A stretch of DNA of 64,000 nucleotides from Burkholderiales bacterium (GCA_025358485.1 JANYJJ010000137.1:18065-82064), one strand, 5' to 3'. Positions 47,525 through 57,272 are shown, numbered from the stretch's first letter. Notes: generated by a model not told the origin, from the letters alone. Numbers and translations are program-made.

Positions 47525-48235
47525 TTACCCCAAGTGCGCGTTGCGGCGGCGCACATACCAACCGAGTGAGCCCAGGCCTGCAATCATCAGGGCCCAGGAG
47601 CTGGGCTCGGGGACAGGTGAGAGGGTGACAAAGTTGTCGAGGCCGGTTTCTTCGCAGCAGCTGAAACCGTTGATTTCAGGCCCTTCAGACCAGGTGATGC
47701 GTGTCAAAGCCGAGTCGCTGATGACGCCGAAGAACAGTGGGTCTTGCTCGGTCGCATTCAGCGGCAGCACTGGGATGAGCGTGTAGGTGGTGTCGCCGTC
47801 TGCGAAGAAAAAGCTCAAGAAACCGGGGCCAGGCGTTGCCGGGTTGTAGGCCGCAATGTCAAAGCCAAAGGCCTTGGTGTTGCCGGCGAAGTTGATGTTG
47901 TAGACGGCCTCGGGTTGGTTGCGCGTGGTGGCGAAAGCCATTTTTCCGATGCCTGCGGAATTGAAAACCTCCAGCGAGCTGAGGTTGGTCGACACGGTCA
48001 CGCCGGGCAGTACGTTCACGCCCAGCAAGTTGGCACCGACGGCATAGCCTTCGAAATCTTGCGTGAGGGTGGGCGCGGCACCGATACCGGTTAAAAAATC
48101 GGCGCGTGTGCCGAACAGCGAGACGGTGGCGGCCTGGGCCGTACCCAAGGTGGCTGCGGCAGCCAAGGCAGCAACAGCGAAGTGTTTAGTGATGTTCATG
48201 GTGACCTCAATGAAAGTTGAAGTGGCCTGCCACAC
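47525..48235 (-). CDS. PEP-CTERM sorting-domain protein
   Basis: Signal peptide. C-terminus SPVPEPSSWALMIAGLGSLGWYVRRRN. Confidence 0.8.
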   Translation of the reverse strand: MWQATSTFIEVTMNITKHFAVAALAAAATLGTAQAATVSLFGTRADFLTGIGAAPTLTQDFEGYAVGANLLGVNVLPGVTVSTNLSSLEVFNSAGIGKMAFATTRNQPEAVYNINFAGNTKAFGFDIAAYNPATPGPGFLSFFFADGDTTYTLIPVLPLNATEQDPLFFGVISDSALTRITWSEGPEINGFSCCEETGLDNFVTLSPVPEPSSWALMIAGLGSLGWYVRRRNAHLG

Positions 48236-48265
48236 GATGCGGCGGGCGCGGCTTGATGGGTTGAA

Positions 48266-48943
48266 TTACCGATTCGACTGGGTTTGGCCGTTGACTTCCG
48301 AGCTGAAAGTGGCGGCGGCCGGCACGGCTTGCACCAAGCAGTCGCGCGACATTTGGATGACCATGGCGCTGTCGTCCAGCCAGAATTCAGTGGTGGGTGC
48401 CGACGCGGGGCTGAAGTTGACGATCTTCCACTTCATCGACACCGCGACGGGCAGCGGCGCGTTGCTGGCGTTGCGCACGCAGCGATAGCGGCTCATGGCA
48501 CGTGCGCCCCAGGAAGCGACGGTGGCCTCGCCGTTGTCGGTAGACACGAACGCGTAGGTGTCTCCCAAGCTGGTGGTGCTGGCCTGGGGGCTGCCTTCCA
48601 CGCCGCCAATCATCACCATCAGTTCGCACCAGTTGGGGTTGGGTGCGGCGCCAGCAATGGCTTTGTTGCCGCCGTAGCACGCCGCTTCGGCGTCGTAGTT
48701 CACGCTGACGAGCACGGTGCTTTGCGGCGGCACAAAGATGGTGGTCAAGGTGTTGGGCACATCGGCAAACGTGGTCGATGACGGCGTTGCCGTGCTGATC
48801 CTCTCGAAGCTGGTGTTGGTAATGACGCGCTTGAAGAAAGCAGCACCGCTGGTGAAAGACTCCACCTCCGCGTGAGAGGCAGCAGCAGCGGTGGCCAATG
48901 CCAAAGCAGTGAAGGCGGCGCGGGCAAAACGAGATGATTTCAT
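48266..48943 (-). CDS. secreted hypothetical protein
   Basis: Signal peptide MKSSRFARAAFTALALATAAAASHA. AGGAGA RBS. 30 nt upstream of the PEP-CTERM gene. Confidence 0.65.
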   Translation of the reverse strand: MKSSRFARAAFTALALATAAAASHAEVESFTSGAAFFKRVITNTSFERISTATPSSTTFADVPNTLTTIFVPPQSTVLVSVNYDAEAACYGGNKAIAGAAPNPNWCELMVMIGGVEGSPQASTTSLGDTYAFVSTDNGEATVASWGARAMSRYRCVRNASNAPLPVAVSMKWKIVNFSPASAPTTEFWLDDSAMVIQMSRDCLVQAVPAAATFSSEVNGQTQSNR

Positions 48944-48953
48944 GAAGGTCTCC

Positions 48954-49033
48954 TGAGTGGCTCAGTCAATGAGCGAGTGAGTTGATAAGTAAGTGAGTAA
49001 CTGAGTAAATGAGTCAGCGAGTCAGCGAACCAG
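48954..49033. repeat. octamer-periodic array (GAGTNNNN)x10 in the leader/promoter of 48266..48943
   Basis: GAGTGGCT CAGTCAAT GAGCGAGT GAGTTGAT AAGTAAGT GAGTAACT GAGTAAAT GAGTCAGC GAGTCAGC GAACCAGT. Confidence 0.85.
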
Positions 49034-49197
49034 TCACGGTGCGCAGATTTCTGCGGCGCCGTGCCTGACCCAACGCAATGCCTGCACTGCGCATCACGGT
49101 GCATTCATTGGCTGCTCAATCGTTGGCAGTCACACTCCCAAGAACAGGGGAATGGGCGGCTCAAGTTAGGGGGTGGCAGTTTTGGAGGCCGGGCCGT

Positions 49198-49248
49198 CCA
49201 ACCGTTCTCTTACCAACCGTTCTCTTGCCAACTGTTCTCTTACCAACG
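49198..49248. repeat. 15-nt tandem repeat x3.4
   Basis: CCAACCGTTCTCTTA CCAACCGTTCTCTTG CCAACTGTTCTCTTA CCAACG. Ends 37 nt before the ATG at 49285. Confidence 0.9.
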
Positions 49249-49284
49249 AATCGCTGCCGTGGGCCGAGTCGGTAAACTAATTTC

Positions 49285-50283
49285 ATGAATTTGCTTATCC
49301 TCGGTGGCACCCGATTTCTCGGCCGACACGTGGTCGAACAAGCGCTGACACGTGGTCACCACGTCACCCTGATGCACCGAGGCCGCGGCGCGCCCCAGCT
49401 GTTTCCTGAAGCGGAACACTTGATCGCCGATCGCGACGGTGATCTGACGGTTCTCGACCACCGCGAATGGGACGCCGTGGTGGACACCAGCGCCTACGTG
49501 CCGCGCCAAGTGCGGGCGGTGGAAGCCAAGTTGGCAGGCCGCGTGGGGCACTATCACTTGGTGTCGAGCATCAGCGCATACGCCGATTTTGAGAACGGCG
49601 GCAGCCAGGAAGCCGCTGCACTGCAAGTCTTGGCAGACCCGAGCACCGAAGCCATCACCGGCGACACCTACGGCGCCCTGAAAGCGCTGTGCGAGCAAGC
49701 GGCTCAAGCTGCTTTTGGAGAACGCTGTTTGATCTCACGACCCGGCTTGATCGTCGGCCCGTTTGATCCCACCGGCCGCTTCACCTGGTGGGTGCAAAGG
49801 CTGGCGCGCAAAGACGGAATCGGCGACGTGCTGGCCCCGGGTTCGCCCGATTCGCCGGTGCAATTCATCGATGTGCGTGACATTGCAGCTTGGACTTTGC
49901 TGCAAGCAGAGCGCGGCACCGCCGGTGTCTTCAACCTCAACGGGCCGACTGACCCGCTGTCCATGGGCGAGTTCTTACAGGCTGGACGCGCAGCCCTGCG
50001 ACCCAGCGCCAACTTGTTGTGGGTAGACGAAAGCTTTTTGGCAGCCCAAAGCGTGGCCGCGTGGAGCGACCTGCCGGTGTGGCTGCCCAGCAGTTCATTT
50101 GCCATGCACCGCACACCCACTGCCAAGGCGCAGGCCACCGGATTGACTTGCCGCCCGCTGATGGAGACCTTGCTCGACACGCATGCTTGGTGTCAAGCCG
50201 CTCAAGAGCCACTGCGCCTCGGTGTCGGCTTGACAGCTGAGCGCGAAGCCAGCTTGTTAGCGGCGTGGCGCGAGCGTCTTTGA
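49285..50283 (+). CDS. NAD-dependent epimerase/dehydratase-family (SDR) protein
   Basis: MNLLILGGTRFLGRHVV Rossmann motif plus YGALKALCE (YxxxK). Confidence 0.85.
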   Translation: MNLLILGGTRFLGRHVVEQALTRGHHVTLMHRGRGAPQLFPEAEHLIADRDGDLTVLDHREWDAVVDTSAYVPRQVRAVEAKLAGRVGHYHLVSSISAYADFENGGSQEAAALQVLADPSTEAITGDTYGALKALCEQAAQAAFGERCLISRPGLIVGPFDPTGRFTWWVQRLARKDGIGDVLAPGSPDSPVQFIDVRDIAAWTLLQAERGTAGVFNLNGPTDPLSMGEFLQAGRAALRPSANLLWVDESFLAAQSVAAWSDLPVWLPSSSFAMHRTPTAKAQATGLTCRPLMETLLDTHAWCQAAQEPLRLGVGLTAEREASLLAAWRERL

Positions 50284-50557
50284 ACTGCGGTGGGCCGACA
50301 CTTTGGCAACGCCATTTGCGCAGGGAAATCACCGATGCCCCGCCGTGGTGCGCGCGCCCAAAATTCGCGCACTCGCAGAGGGTGACTTGCAGGTCGCCTT
50401 GCATGGCGGGGTGCTGAGGAGACAACAACACCATCATCGCGGCCAGGGCTCAACTCCCGGCGCCGTGTCTGGGCCAGCCGCCACACGCGGCAGGCGCCAA
50501 GAGGAAAAAATCAGAAGGCTGCATCAGAGCCCAGAGCTGATCGAACGGCCAAAATAA

Positions 50558-50591
50558 AAGGGCGTCGGCATTCCGGCGCCCTTTTTCTCTT
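50558..50591 (+). terminator. intrinsic terminator-like hairpin (potentially bidirectional)
   Basis: AAGGGCGTCGG-CATT-CCGGCGCCCTT (9-11 bp stem) followed by TTTTTCTCTTT and preceded by an A-run. Ends 26 nt before the tauE-like ATG. Confidence 0.7.
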
Positions 50592-50616
50592 TGCGGGTCT
50601 GCTTGCGAAATTCCCC

Positions 50617-51378
50617 ATGCTTGAACTCGCCACCGTCACGCTCGCTTCCCTCTTCGCGGGCCTCATAGACGCCATTGTTGGCGGGGGCGGTTTGATCTTG
50701 GTGCCTGCGCTGTTCAGCGTGTTTCCCAACGCGCCACCGGCCACACTCTTTGGCACCAACAAAGGCGCAGCCGTCTGGGGCACGGCGTGGGCCACGGCGC
50801 AATACGCGCGGCGCGTGCAGTTGCAATGGAGCGCCTTGTTGCCCGCAGCCATCGCCGCGTTGGCGGGCAGCTTTGCCGGTGCGTGGACGGTCACCCTGGT
50901 CAACGCCAACGGCCTGCGCAAAGCCTTGCCCTTCATTTTGGCTGCGGTGTTGATCTACACACTGCTGCGCAAAGACATGGGCCGCACCCATGCGCCACGC
51001 CACAGCGGCAGCACGCAAGCTTGGGTCGCCAGCGCCATCGGCGTGGTGATTGGTTTTTACGACGGCTTTTTCGGCCCCGGCACCGGCAGCTTCTTCGTCA
51101 TTTTGTTTGTGCGCTTGCTCGGCTACGACTTCTTGAACGCCAGCGCCAGCGCCAAACTGCTCAACACCGCCACCAACATTTCAGCCCTGGCACTCTTCGC
51201 CTACAAGGGTCACGTGTGGTGGCACATTGCCGGCGTGATGGCCGTGGCCAACGTGGCCGGCAGCCTGCTGGGCACGCGCCTGGCCCTGAAACACGGCGCA
51301 GGCTTCGTGCGCTGGGTGTTCATTGCGGTGGTGAGCGCGCTGATTTTGAAGACGGGGTTTGATGCGTTTTTGAGGTGA
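50617..51378 (+). CDS. TauE/SafE (DUF81) sulfite-exporter-family membrane protein
   Basis: GLIDAIVGGGGLILVPAL and GFYDGFFGPGTGSFF repeats typical of TauE. Confidence 0.85.
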   Translation: MLELATVTLASLFAGLIDAIVGGGGLILVPALFSVFPNAPPATLFGTNKGAAVWGTAWATAQYARRVQLQWSALLPAAIAALAGSFAGAWTVTLVNANGLRKALPFILAAVLIYTLLRKDMGRTHAPRHSGSTQAWVASAIGVVIGFYDGFFGPGTGSFFVILFVRLLGYDFLNASASAKLLNTATNISALALFAYKGHVWWHIAGVMAVANVAGSLLGTRLALKHGAGFVRWVFIAVVSALILKTGFDAFLR

Positions 51379-51467
51379 GGTCAGTGACTCTGGAAATCTC
51401 AAACTCGTGTCCGATACAGGGGGCACGCACCGATGTTAAAAACAGTCTTCACCTTCAAGGCACAGCG

Positions 51468-52613
51468 ATGAAAAACACCTATTACGAGTTCTTTGCTGGT
51501 GGTGGCATGGCCCACGCCGGACTGGGTTCGGGTTGGGACTGTTTGTTGGCCAATGACATGTCTGAAAAGAAGGCCGAGGCCTACGCCGCCAACTGGGGCT
51601 CAGACTCACTTTGGGTCGGCGACATTTCGCTGATTCAGTCGAATCAACTTCAAGGCCACGCCGATCTGGCCTGGGCTTCGTTCCCTTGCCAAGACCTGTC
51701 CTTGGCGGGCAACGGCGCTGGCTTAGACGGCAAGCGCAGCGGCACTTTTTGGTCGTTTTTGAGCGTCATGGCCGACCTGAAAACTGAAGCCCGAAAACCA
51801 AAAATGATTGCCCTGGAAAACGTCTGCGGCGCAGTGACCAGTCGAGGTGGAAAAGACTTTGAGGCCATGCTTTTGGGGGTGTCTGAACTGGGCTACCGCG
51901 TGGGTGCGATGGTGATAGACGCGGTTCACTTCGTGCCTCAATCGCGTCCTCGACTTTTCATTGTGGCCATCAACGAATCGCTGGCGATTCCGTCCGGCTG
52001 CTCGGCCGATTCACCCAGCCCGGCTTGGCACCCAACGGCCATCATCAGGGCTTACAACCGCTTGCCTGCACACATGAAAAAGAGCTGGGTTTGGTGGAGC
52101 TCGCCGATGCCCACCGCACGCTTGAAAACGCTTGATGACATTGTTGAGACAGAACCGCAAGGTGTGGACTGGCACACGGACGCACAGACTCAAACCCTGC
52201 TTGAGATGATGGCCCCGCTGCATCGGCAAAAGGTGTTGCAGGCACAGGCCGCAGGACACTTGAAAGTCGGCGCGATTTACCGCCGCACACGCGAAGGCGC
52301 TCAGCGCGCTGAGGTTAGATTCGATGGGCTTTCTGGATGTCTGCGCACGCCCGCGGGAGGTTCGAGCCGACAGACCATTTTGGTGGTTGACGGCAGCCGC
52401 ATTCGGTCGCGCTTGTTGTCGCCGCGTGAAGCAGCCAGACTGATGGGGCTGGCTGACAGCTACGTGCTTCCGGCTCGCTACAACGACGCCTATCATCTCG
52501 CTGGCGACGGTGTGGTGGTGCCGGTGGTGTCGCACTTGGGGCGGCATATTTTTGACAAGGTTGCCGAGCAAAATCGCTGGTATCACGCCTCGACCATGGT
52601 CAAGGCGGCTTAA
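51468..52613 (+). CDS. DNA (cytosine-5)-methyltransferase
   Basis: Motif I FFAGGGM, IV FPCQDLS, VI ENV, VIII QSRPRLF, IX REAARLMG, X AGDGVVVPV. All are intact. Confidence 0.92.
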   Translation: MKNTYYEFFAGGGMAHAGLGSGWDCLLANDMSEKKAEAYAANWGSDSLWVGDISLIQSNQLQGHADLAWASFPCQDLSLAGNGAGLDGKRSGTFWSFLSVMADLKTEARKPKMIALENVCGAVTSRGGKDFEAMLLGVSELGYRVGAMVIDAVHFVPQSRPRLFIVAINESLAIPSGCSADSPSPAWHPTAIIRAYNRLPAHMKKSWVWWSSPMPTARLKTLDDIVETEPQGVDWHTDAQTQTLLEMMAPLHRQKVLQAQAAGHLKVGAIYRRTREGAQRAEVRFDGLSGCLRTPAGGSSRQTILVVDGSRIRSRLLSPREAARLMGLADSYVLPARYNDAYHLAGDGVVVPVVSHLGRHIFDKVAEQNRWYHASTMVKAA

Positions 52614-53022
52614 ATGGTCAAGCGGCCCAAAGGAAGCGGTCCGATTCCAAAAGCGCCTTCGCTCACGGCTGGGTGGGCGATCTGGCGACTTTGAGATTGG
52701 CAATTCGTCTTTGCACGTTACGGTGACGCCGGGTGAATCGGTGATGGGCAAGTGCGCCGCGAATTTGGCAGCGGGTCGGCAACCGATCCTCATCACGCGC
52801 TTGGAGATGTTGGCAGCTGCAGACGCGTTCGCTGAAGCGCAAGGCCTGTCGGATCAGCTCGACATCCTGGACGCAGAACAATTCTTGGTGGCCAACTTGT
52901 ACGAACTCGGCGGCTTCCGCTCGGATCGTCAGCGCGTGACGGTCGAGTCACTTGTCGATAAGTACAACGAAATTGTCGAGCTGCACGAAACAGATCCGAG
53001 CTTGAAAATTTCACGCGTCTGA
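52612..53022 (+). pseudogene. C-terminal fragment of a DUF4928-like putative restriction endonuclease
   Basis: RSGDFEIGNSSLHVTVTPGESVMGKCAANLAAGRQPILIT...YNEIVELHETDPSLKI resembles the last ~130 aa of ~270-aa DUF4928 proteins (from memory). No plausible start after the MTase stop. Upstream, the frame lies inside the MTase gene. Confidence 0.45.
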
Positions 53023-53154
53023 ACGCAGGTGGGCCCCGCCGTCGTTTGTAAAGGCATCGGATTGCGCTGCGCGAACTGACCCCCACTTTCCCGCCTTTTC
53101 AAGCCACCGCCACCGCCCACCTTCCCTAGCATCCAAGGACACACCGATCCTTCC

Positions 53155-53985
53155 TTGGACTTCCTCATGCCTGTTGACGCTGAACTTCGCTCGCTGAACA
53201 TAGACATTCCGGCGCAACCCGATTCGTTGGTGAAACTGTCTTTGCTGTTGTCGGAAGACGAGGTGAAGTTGCAGGCGGTGAGCGGCTTGATTGAGTCGGA
53301 CATGGCGCTGGCCTCTGCGGTGCTGAAGGCAGTGAACTCGTCGTTGTACGGCCTGTCAGGTCGGGTGCAAAGCGTGCAGCAGGCCATCACCTATTTGGGC
53401 ACGCGCGAGGTGGCGGCGGTGACGTTTGAGATGGGCTTGCGCGCGGTGTTTCCGCCGGCCGCCGAATTGGAATCCATGTGGGAACGTGCGGGTGTGCGCG
53501 GTGTGTTGATGGGTCGCATAGGCAAAGCGCTGAGCGTGGATCCGTGGATTGCGCACTCGGCCGGTTTGTTTGAAGAATGCGGCAAGGCCGTATTGTTCCG
53601 CCATTCGGCCGAGCGCTACCAGCCCATGCTGGCAGCAGCGGCCAACGACGAAGAATTGGTGGCCATGGAGCTGGCCGAATTTGGTGTCAGTCACGACGCC
53701 TTGGGTGCCGCTTTGTGCGAGACCTGGGGCCTGGCCCCGGCGGCAACGCAAAGCGTGCGTCACCACGTGATGGCGATTGCCTCGCGCGAGCTGCCGCCAC
53801 AAATCAATCGCCCCACGATTTGCGCGCTGTCGGTGTTGGCGCATGCACTGATGACCGACCCCGACACGCTGGACGAAGTGGCTGAAGTGATTGCGCCGCA
53901 AGCCGAGTTGGATGTGGCGCTGGTGCTGCGCGGCACGCGCCGCGTGCAGTCGCAGATTGAGGATGCCGTGGCCAGAGCGGCCTGA
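53155..53985 (+). CDS. HDOD-domain protein
   Basis: LVKLSLLLSEDEV...LIESDMALASAVLKAVNSSLYGLSGRVQSVQQAITYLG is typical of HDOD. Confidence 0.85.
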   Translation: MDFLMPVDAELRSLNIDIPAQPDSLVKLSLLLSEDEVKLQAVSGLIESDMALASAVLKAVNSSLYGLSGRVQSVQQAITYLGTREVAAVTFEMGLRAVFPPAAELESMWERAGVRGVLMGRIGKALSVDPWIAHSAGLFEECGKAVLFRHSAERYQPMLAAAANDEELVAMELAEFGVSHDALGAALCETWGLAPAATQSVRHHVMAIASRELPPQINRPTICALSVLAHALMTDPDTLDEVAEVIAPQAELDVALVLRGTRRVQSQIEDAVARAA

Positions 53986-54031
53986 GCCTACGTGGCTCTT
54001 TCGTCGCAAGTTCGAAGCAAATCAGTGTGGG

Positions 54032-54102
54032 ACTTCCTTCGATACCTCAGGACGGTCGGACAAGCCACCTCAGTCCGAACGGATTTCTACTTGGGTTCGA
54101 CG
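54032..54102. repeat. ~70-nt REP unit (inverse orientation of 32294-32364)
   Basis: ACTTCCTTCGATACCTCAGGACGGTCGGACAAGCCACCTCAGTCCGAACGGATTT...GGTTCGACG. Confidence 0.85.
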
Positions 54103-54140
54103 TGAAATGAAATACGCAGGGGCTTGATTGGCTGCTTCCC

Positions 54141-57100
54141 TTACCTTTTGAGCAACGGCAACAAATAGCGCCCGGTGTAGCTGGCTTCCGTGGCCGCCAC
54201 CGTTTCTGGCGTGCCCACGGCCAACACGGTGCCGCCACCGGCTCCGCCTTCGGGGCCCATGTCGATCAACCAGTCGGCGGTTTTGATGACGTCCAGGTTG
54301 TGCTCAATCACCACGATGGTGTTGCCTGCATCACGCAACTGGTGCAGCACTTTGAGCAGCAAAGCGATGTCGGCAAAGTGCAAACCGGTGGTGGGTTCGT
54401 CCAGGATGTAGAGCGTGCGGCCGGTGTCGCGCTTGCTCAACTCCAAGGCCAATTTCACGCGCTGCGCTTCGCCGCCGCTCAAGGTGGTCGCGCTTTGCCC
54501 CAGGCGGATGTAGCCCAAGCAAACGTCCAACAGCGTTTGCAATTTGCGCGCGATGTTGGGCACGGCGTTGAAGTAGGCGTAAGCGTCTTCCACCGTCATG
54601 CCCAGCACATCGGTGATGTTTTTGCCTTTGTACAAAACCTCCAAGGTTTCGCGGTTGTAGCGGCGGCCGTGGCAGACATCGCACTTCACATACACGTCGG
54701 GTAAAAAGTGCATCTCCACTTTCAGCACGCCGTCGCCCTGACAGGCTTCGCAGCGCCCGCCCGCCACGTTGAAGCTGAAGCGGCCGGGGCCGTAGCCGCG
54801 TTCTTTGGCGGTGTTCATTTCGGCAAACAGTTCGCGTATGGGCGTGAACATGCCGGTGTAGGTGGCCGGGTTGCTGCGCGGTGTGCGGCCTATGGGTGAT
54901 TGATCGACGTTGATGACTTTGTCGAAGGCTTCAATGCCTTCGATGGTGTCGTGCGCCTCGGGCTCGGTGTGGCTGCTGTAGAGCTTGCGCGCCACGGCGG
55001 CATACAGCGTGTCGTTCACCAGCGTGGATTTGCCCGAGCCCGACACGCCGGTCACGCAAGTGAGCAAGCCCACCGGAAACCCGACGCTGACGTTTTGCAG
55101 GTTGTTGCCACGCGCGTTGACAACACGCAGCCAGCCGATGTTGGGGTCGGGGGGGAAGAATCTGGATTTGCTCCCTCCCCCTTGACGGGGGAGGGTGGGG
55201 GTGGAGGTGGAAGCGTCGAACACAGAAGGTTCTACTTCCAACATCTCACCTCCTCCCCAGCCCTCCCCCGTCGAGGGGGAGGGGGCAACACGTTTAGCTG
55301 GCACTTCGATCTTTAGCGCTCCCGACAAATACCTGCCCGTCAACGACTCCACATTCGCCGCCACCTCATCCGGCGTGCCTTGCGCAATCACGCAGCCGCC
55401 GTGCACGCCGGCGCCCAGGCCCATGTCAATGACGTGGTCGGCTTGGCGAATGGCGTCTTCATCGTGCTCGACCACCAACACGCTGTTGCCGATGTCGCGC
55501 AGGTGGCGCAGCGTGCCCAGCAATCGGTCGTTGTCGCGCTGGTGCAGGCCTATGCTGGGCTCGTCCAGCACGTACATCACGCCCGTCAAGCCCGAGCCAA
55601 TTTGCGATGCCAAACGGATGCGCTGCGACTCGCCGCCACTCAGGGTGTCGGCGCTGCGGTCGAGGCTCAAATAGTTCAGCCCCACGTCGTTCAAAAACTT
55701 CAAGCGCGAGCGAATTTCCTTCACCACTTTGTCGGCGATGTCGGCCTTGGATCCCTTCAGCGTCAAGCCCTCGAAGTAGGCCAAACAGTCGCGCAGGGTG
55801 AAGTGCTCGACACGGTAAATCGGCTCGCCTTTGTTGTCCGCTTTGTTGTCTGCTTTATCGTCGTCGGCGCGTTGCAAAAACACATTGCGCGCCTCGCGGC
55901 GCAGGCGCGAGCCTTCGCAGTCGGGGCAAGGTTTGGCGGCTTGGTAGCGCGCCAAGTCTTCGCGCACGGCGGATGAGTCTGTTTCTTTGTAGCGCCGCTG
56001 AAAGCTGGGGATGATTCCTTCAAACGGGTGCATTCGTTTGACGCTGCGCGTTTTGCCTTTGGCGTTTTCGGCTTCGTAGGTGAAGCTGATGTCCTGCGTG
56101 CCAGAGCCAAACAGCAGCACTTGCTTGACGCTGTCGGTCAGGTCTTCAAACGGCGCGTCGATGTCAAACGCATAGTGCTTGGCCACGCTTTCCAACACCG
56201 AGAAGGTGTAAGCATTGCGCCGGTCCCAGCCCTTCACCGCGCCGCTGGCCATGCTCAGGCTGGGGAAGCCGACCACGCGCTGCGGGTCAAACACCGTCAC
56301 GTGGCCCAAGCCGTCGCAGCCGGTGCAAGCCCCCATCGGCGAGTTAAATGAAAACAAGCGCGGCTCCAACTCGCTGAGCGAATAGCTGCACACAGTGCAC
56401 GCAAACTTGCTAGAGAAAGTGTGTTCGGCGGGTTTGTCTTCTGGCTTGCCTGAAGGGCTGTCCATCTCCAACGCAACCGCGCGGCCATCGGCAATGCGCA
56501 TCGACGCCTCGAAGCTCTCGGCCAAGCGCTGCTGCAAGCCAGCGGCGGGGTCGGTGGTGACTTTGATGCGGTCTATCACCACGTCGATATCTTGCTTCTC
56601 GGTCTTCTTCAGCACGGGCAAATCGGCCGCCTCGAAGGTGGTGCCGTTGACGCGAAAACGCACATAGCCCTGGGCCTGCATGTCGGCAAACAATTCAGTG
56701 AATTCGCCTTTGCGATCACGCACCACCGGGGCCAAGATCATCAGGCGCGTGCCCTCGGGCAAAGCCAGCGCGGCGTCCACCATTTGGCTGACGCTTTGGG
56801 CTTGCAGCGGCACGTGGTGCTCGGGGCAAAACGGCGTGCCGGCGCGGGCGTACAACAAGCGCAGGTAATCGTGAATTTCAGTCACGGTGCCCACCGTGGA
56901 GCGCGGGTTGTGCGAGGTGGCTTTTTGCTCAATGCTGATGGCGGGCGACAAGCCTTCGATCACGTCCACATCGGGTTTGTCGAGCAGCTGCAAAAACTGC
57001 CGCGCGTAGGCCGACAAACTTTCCACGTAGCGCCGGTGCCCTTCGGCGTAAAGGGTGTCGAAAGCCAGACTCGACTTGCCCGACCCGCTGAGGCCGGTGA

Positions 57101-57209
57101 TGACCACCAGCTTATTGCGCGGAATGTCGAGGTCGATGTTTTTGAGGTTGTGCGTGCGTGCGCCGCGCACTCGAATCATGGGAGCTGAAGGATCGATTGG
57201 AGCAGGCAT
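54141..57209 (-). CDS. uvrA: excinuclease ABC subunit A
   Basis: [20 protein letters not shown], two ABC modules and zinc modules. 1022 aa, versus 940 in E. coli as I recall. Carries an in-frame repeat insertion at ~55173-55285. The start could also be the ATG at 57179. Confidence 0.97.
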   Translation of the reverse strand: MPAPIDPSAPMIRVRGARTHNLKNIDLDIPRNKLVVITGLSGSGKSSLAFDTLYAEGHRRYVESLSAYARQFLQLLDKPDVDVIEGLSPAISIEQKATSHNPRSTVGTVTEIHDYLRLLYARAGTPFCPEHHVPLQAQSVSQMVDAALALPEGTRLMILAPVVRDRKGEFTELFADMQAQGYVRFRVNGTTFEAADLPVLKKTEKQDIDVVIDRIKVTTDPAAGLQQRLAESFEASMRIADGRAVALEMDSPSGKPEDKPAEHTFSSKFACTVCSYSLSELEPRLFSFNSPMGACTGCDGLGHVTVFDPQRVVGFPSLSMASGAVKGWDRRNAYTFSVLESVAKHYAFDIDAPFEDLTDSVKQVLLFGSGTQDISFTYEAENAKGKTRSVKRMHPFEGIIPSFQRRYKETDSSAVREDLARYQAAKPCPDCEGSRLRREARNVFLQRADDDKADNKADNKGEPIYRVEHFTLRDCLAYFEGLTLKGSKADIADKVVKEIRSRLKFLNDVGLNYLSLDRSADTLSGGESQRIRLASQIGSGLTGVMYVLDEPSIGLHQRDNDRLLGTLRHLRDIGNSVLVVEHDEDAIRQADHVIDMGLGAGVHGGCVIAQGTPDEVAANVESLTGRYLSGALKIEVPAKRVAPSPSTGEGWGGGEMLEVEPSVFDASTSTPTLPRQGGGSKSRFFPPDPNIGWLRVVNARGNNLQNVSVGFPVGLLTCVTGVSGSGKSTLVNDTLYAAVARKLYSSHTEPEAHDTIEGIEAFDKVINVDQSPIGRTPRSNPATYTGMFTPIRELFAEMNTAKERGYGPGRFSFNVAGGRCEACQGDGVLKVEMHFLPDVYVKCDVCHGRRYNRETLEVLYKGKNITDVLGMTVEDAYAYFNAVPNIARKLQTLLDVCLGYIRLGQSATTLSGGEAQRVKLALELSKRDTGRTLYILDEPTTGLHFADIALLLKVLHQLRDAGNTIVVIEHNLDVIKTADWLIDMGPEGGAGGGTVLAVGTPETVAATEASYTGRYLLPLLKR
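55173..55285. repeat. nested-palindromic ~113-nt element inserted in frame in uvrA
   Basis: CCCTCCCCCTTGACGGGGGAGGGTGGGGGTGGAGGTGGA - centre AGCGTCGAACACAGAAGGTTCTACTTCCAACATC - TCACCTCCTCCCCAGCCCTCCCCCGTCGAGGGGGAGGGGG. Confidence 0.85.
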
Positions 57210-57272
57210 TGTGGGGGCGCGGCAAAACCAAACATGATACTCAGACTGCCTATTCCGGGCAGGTTTTCGAGT

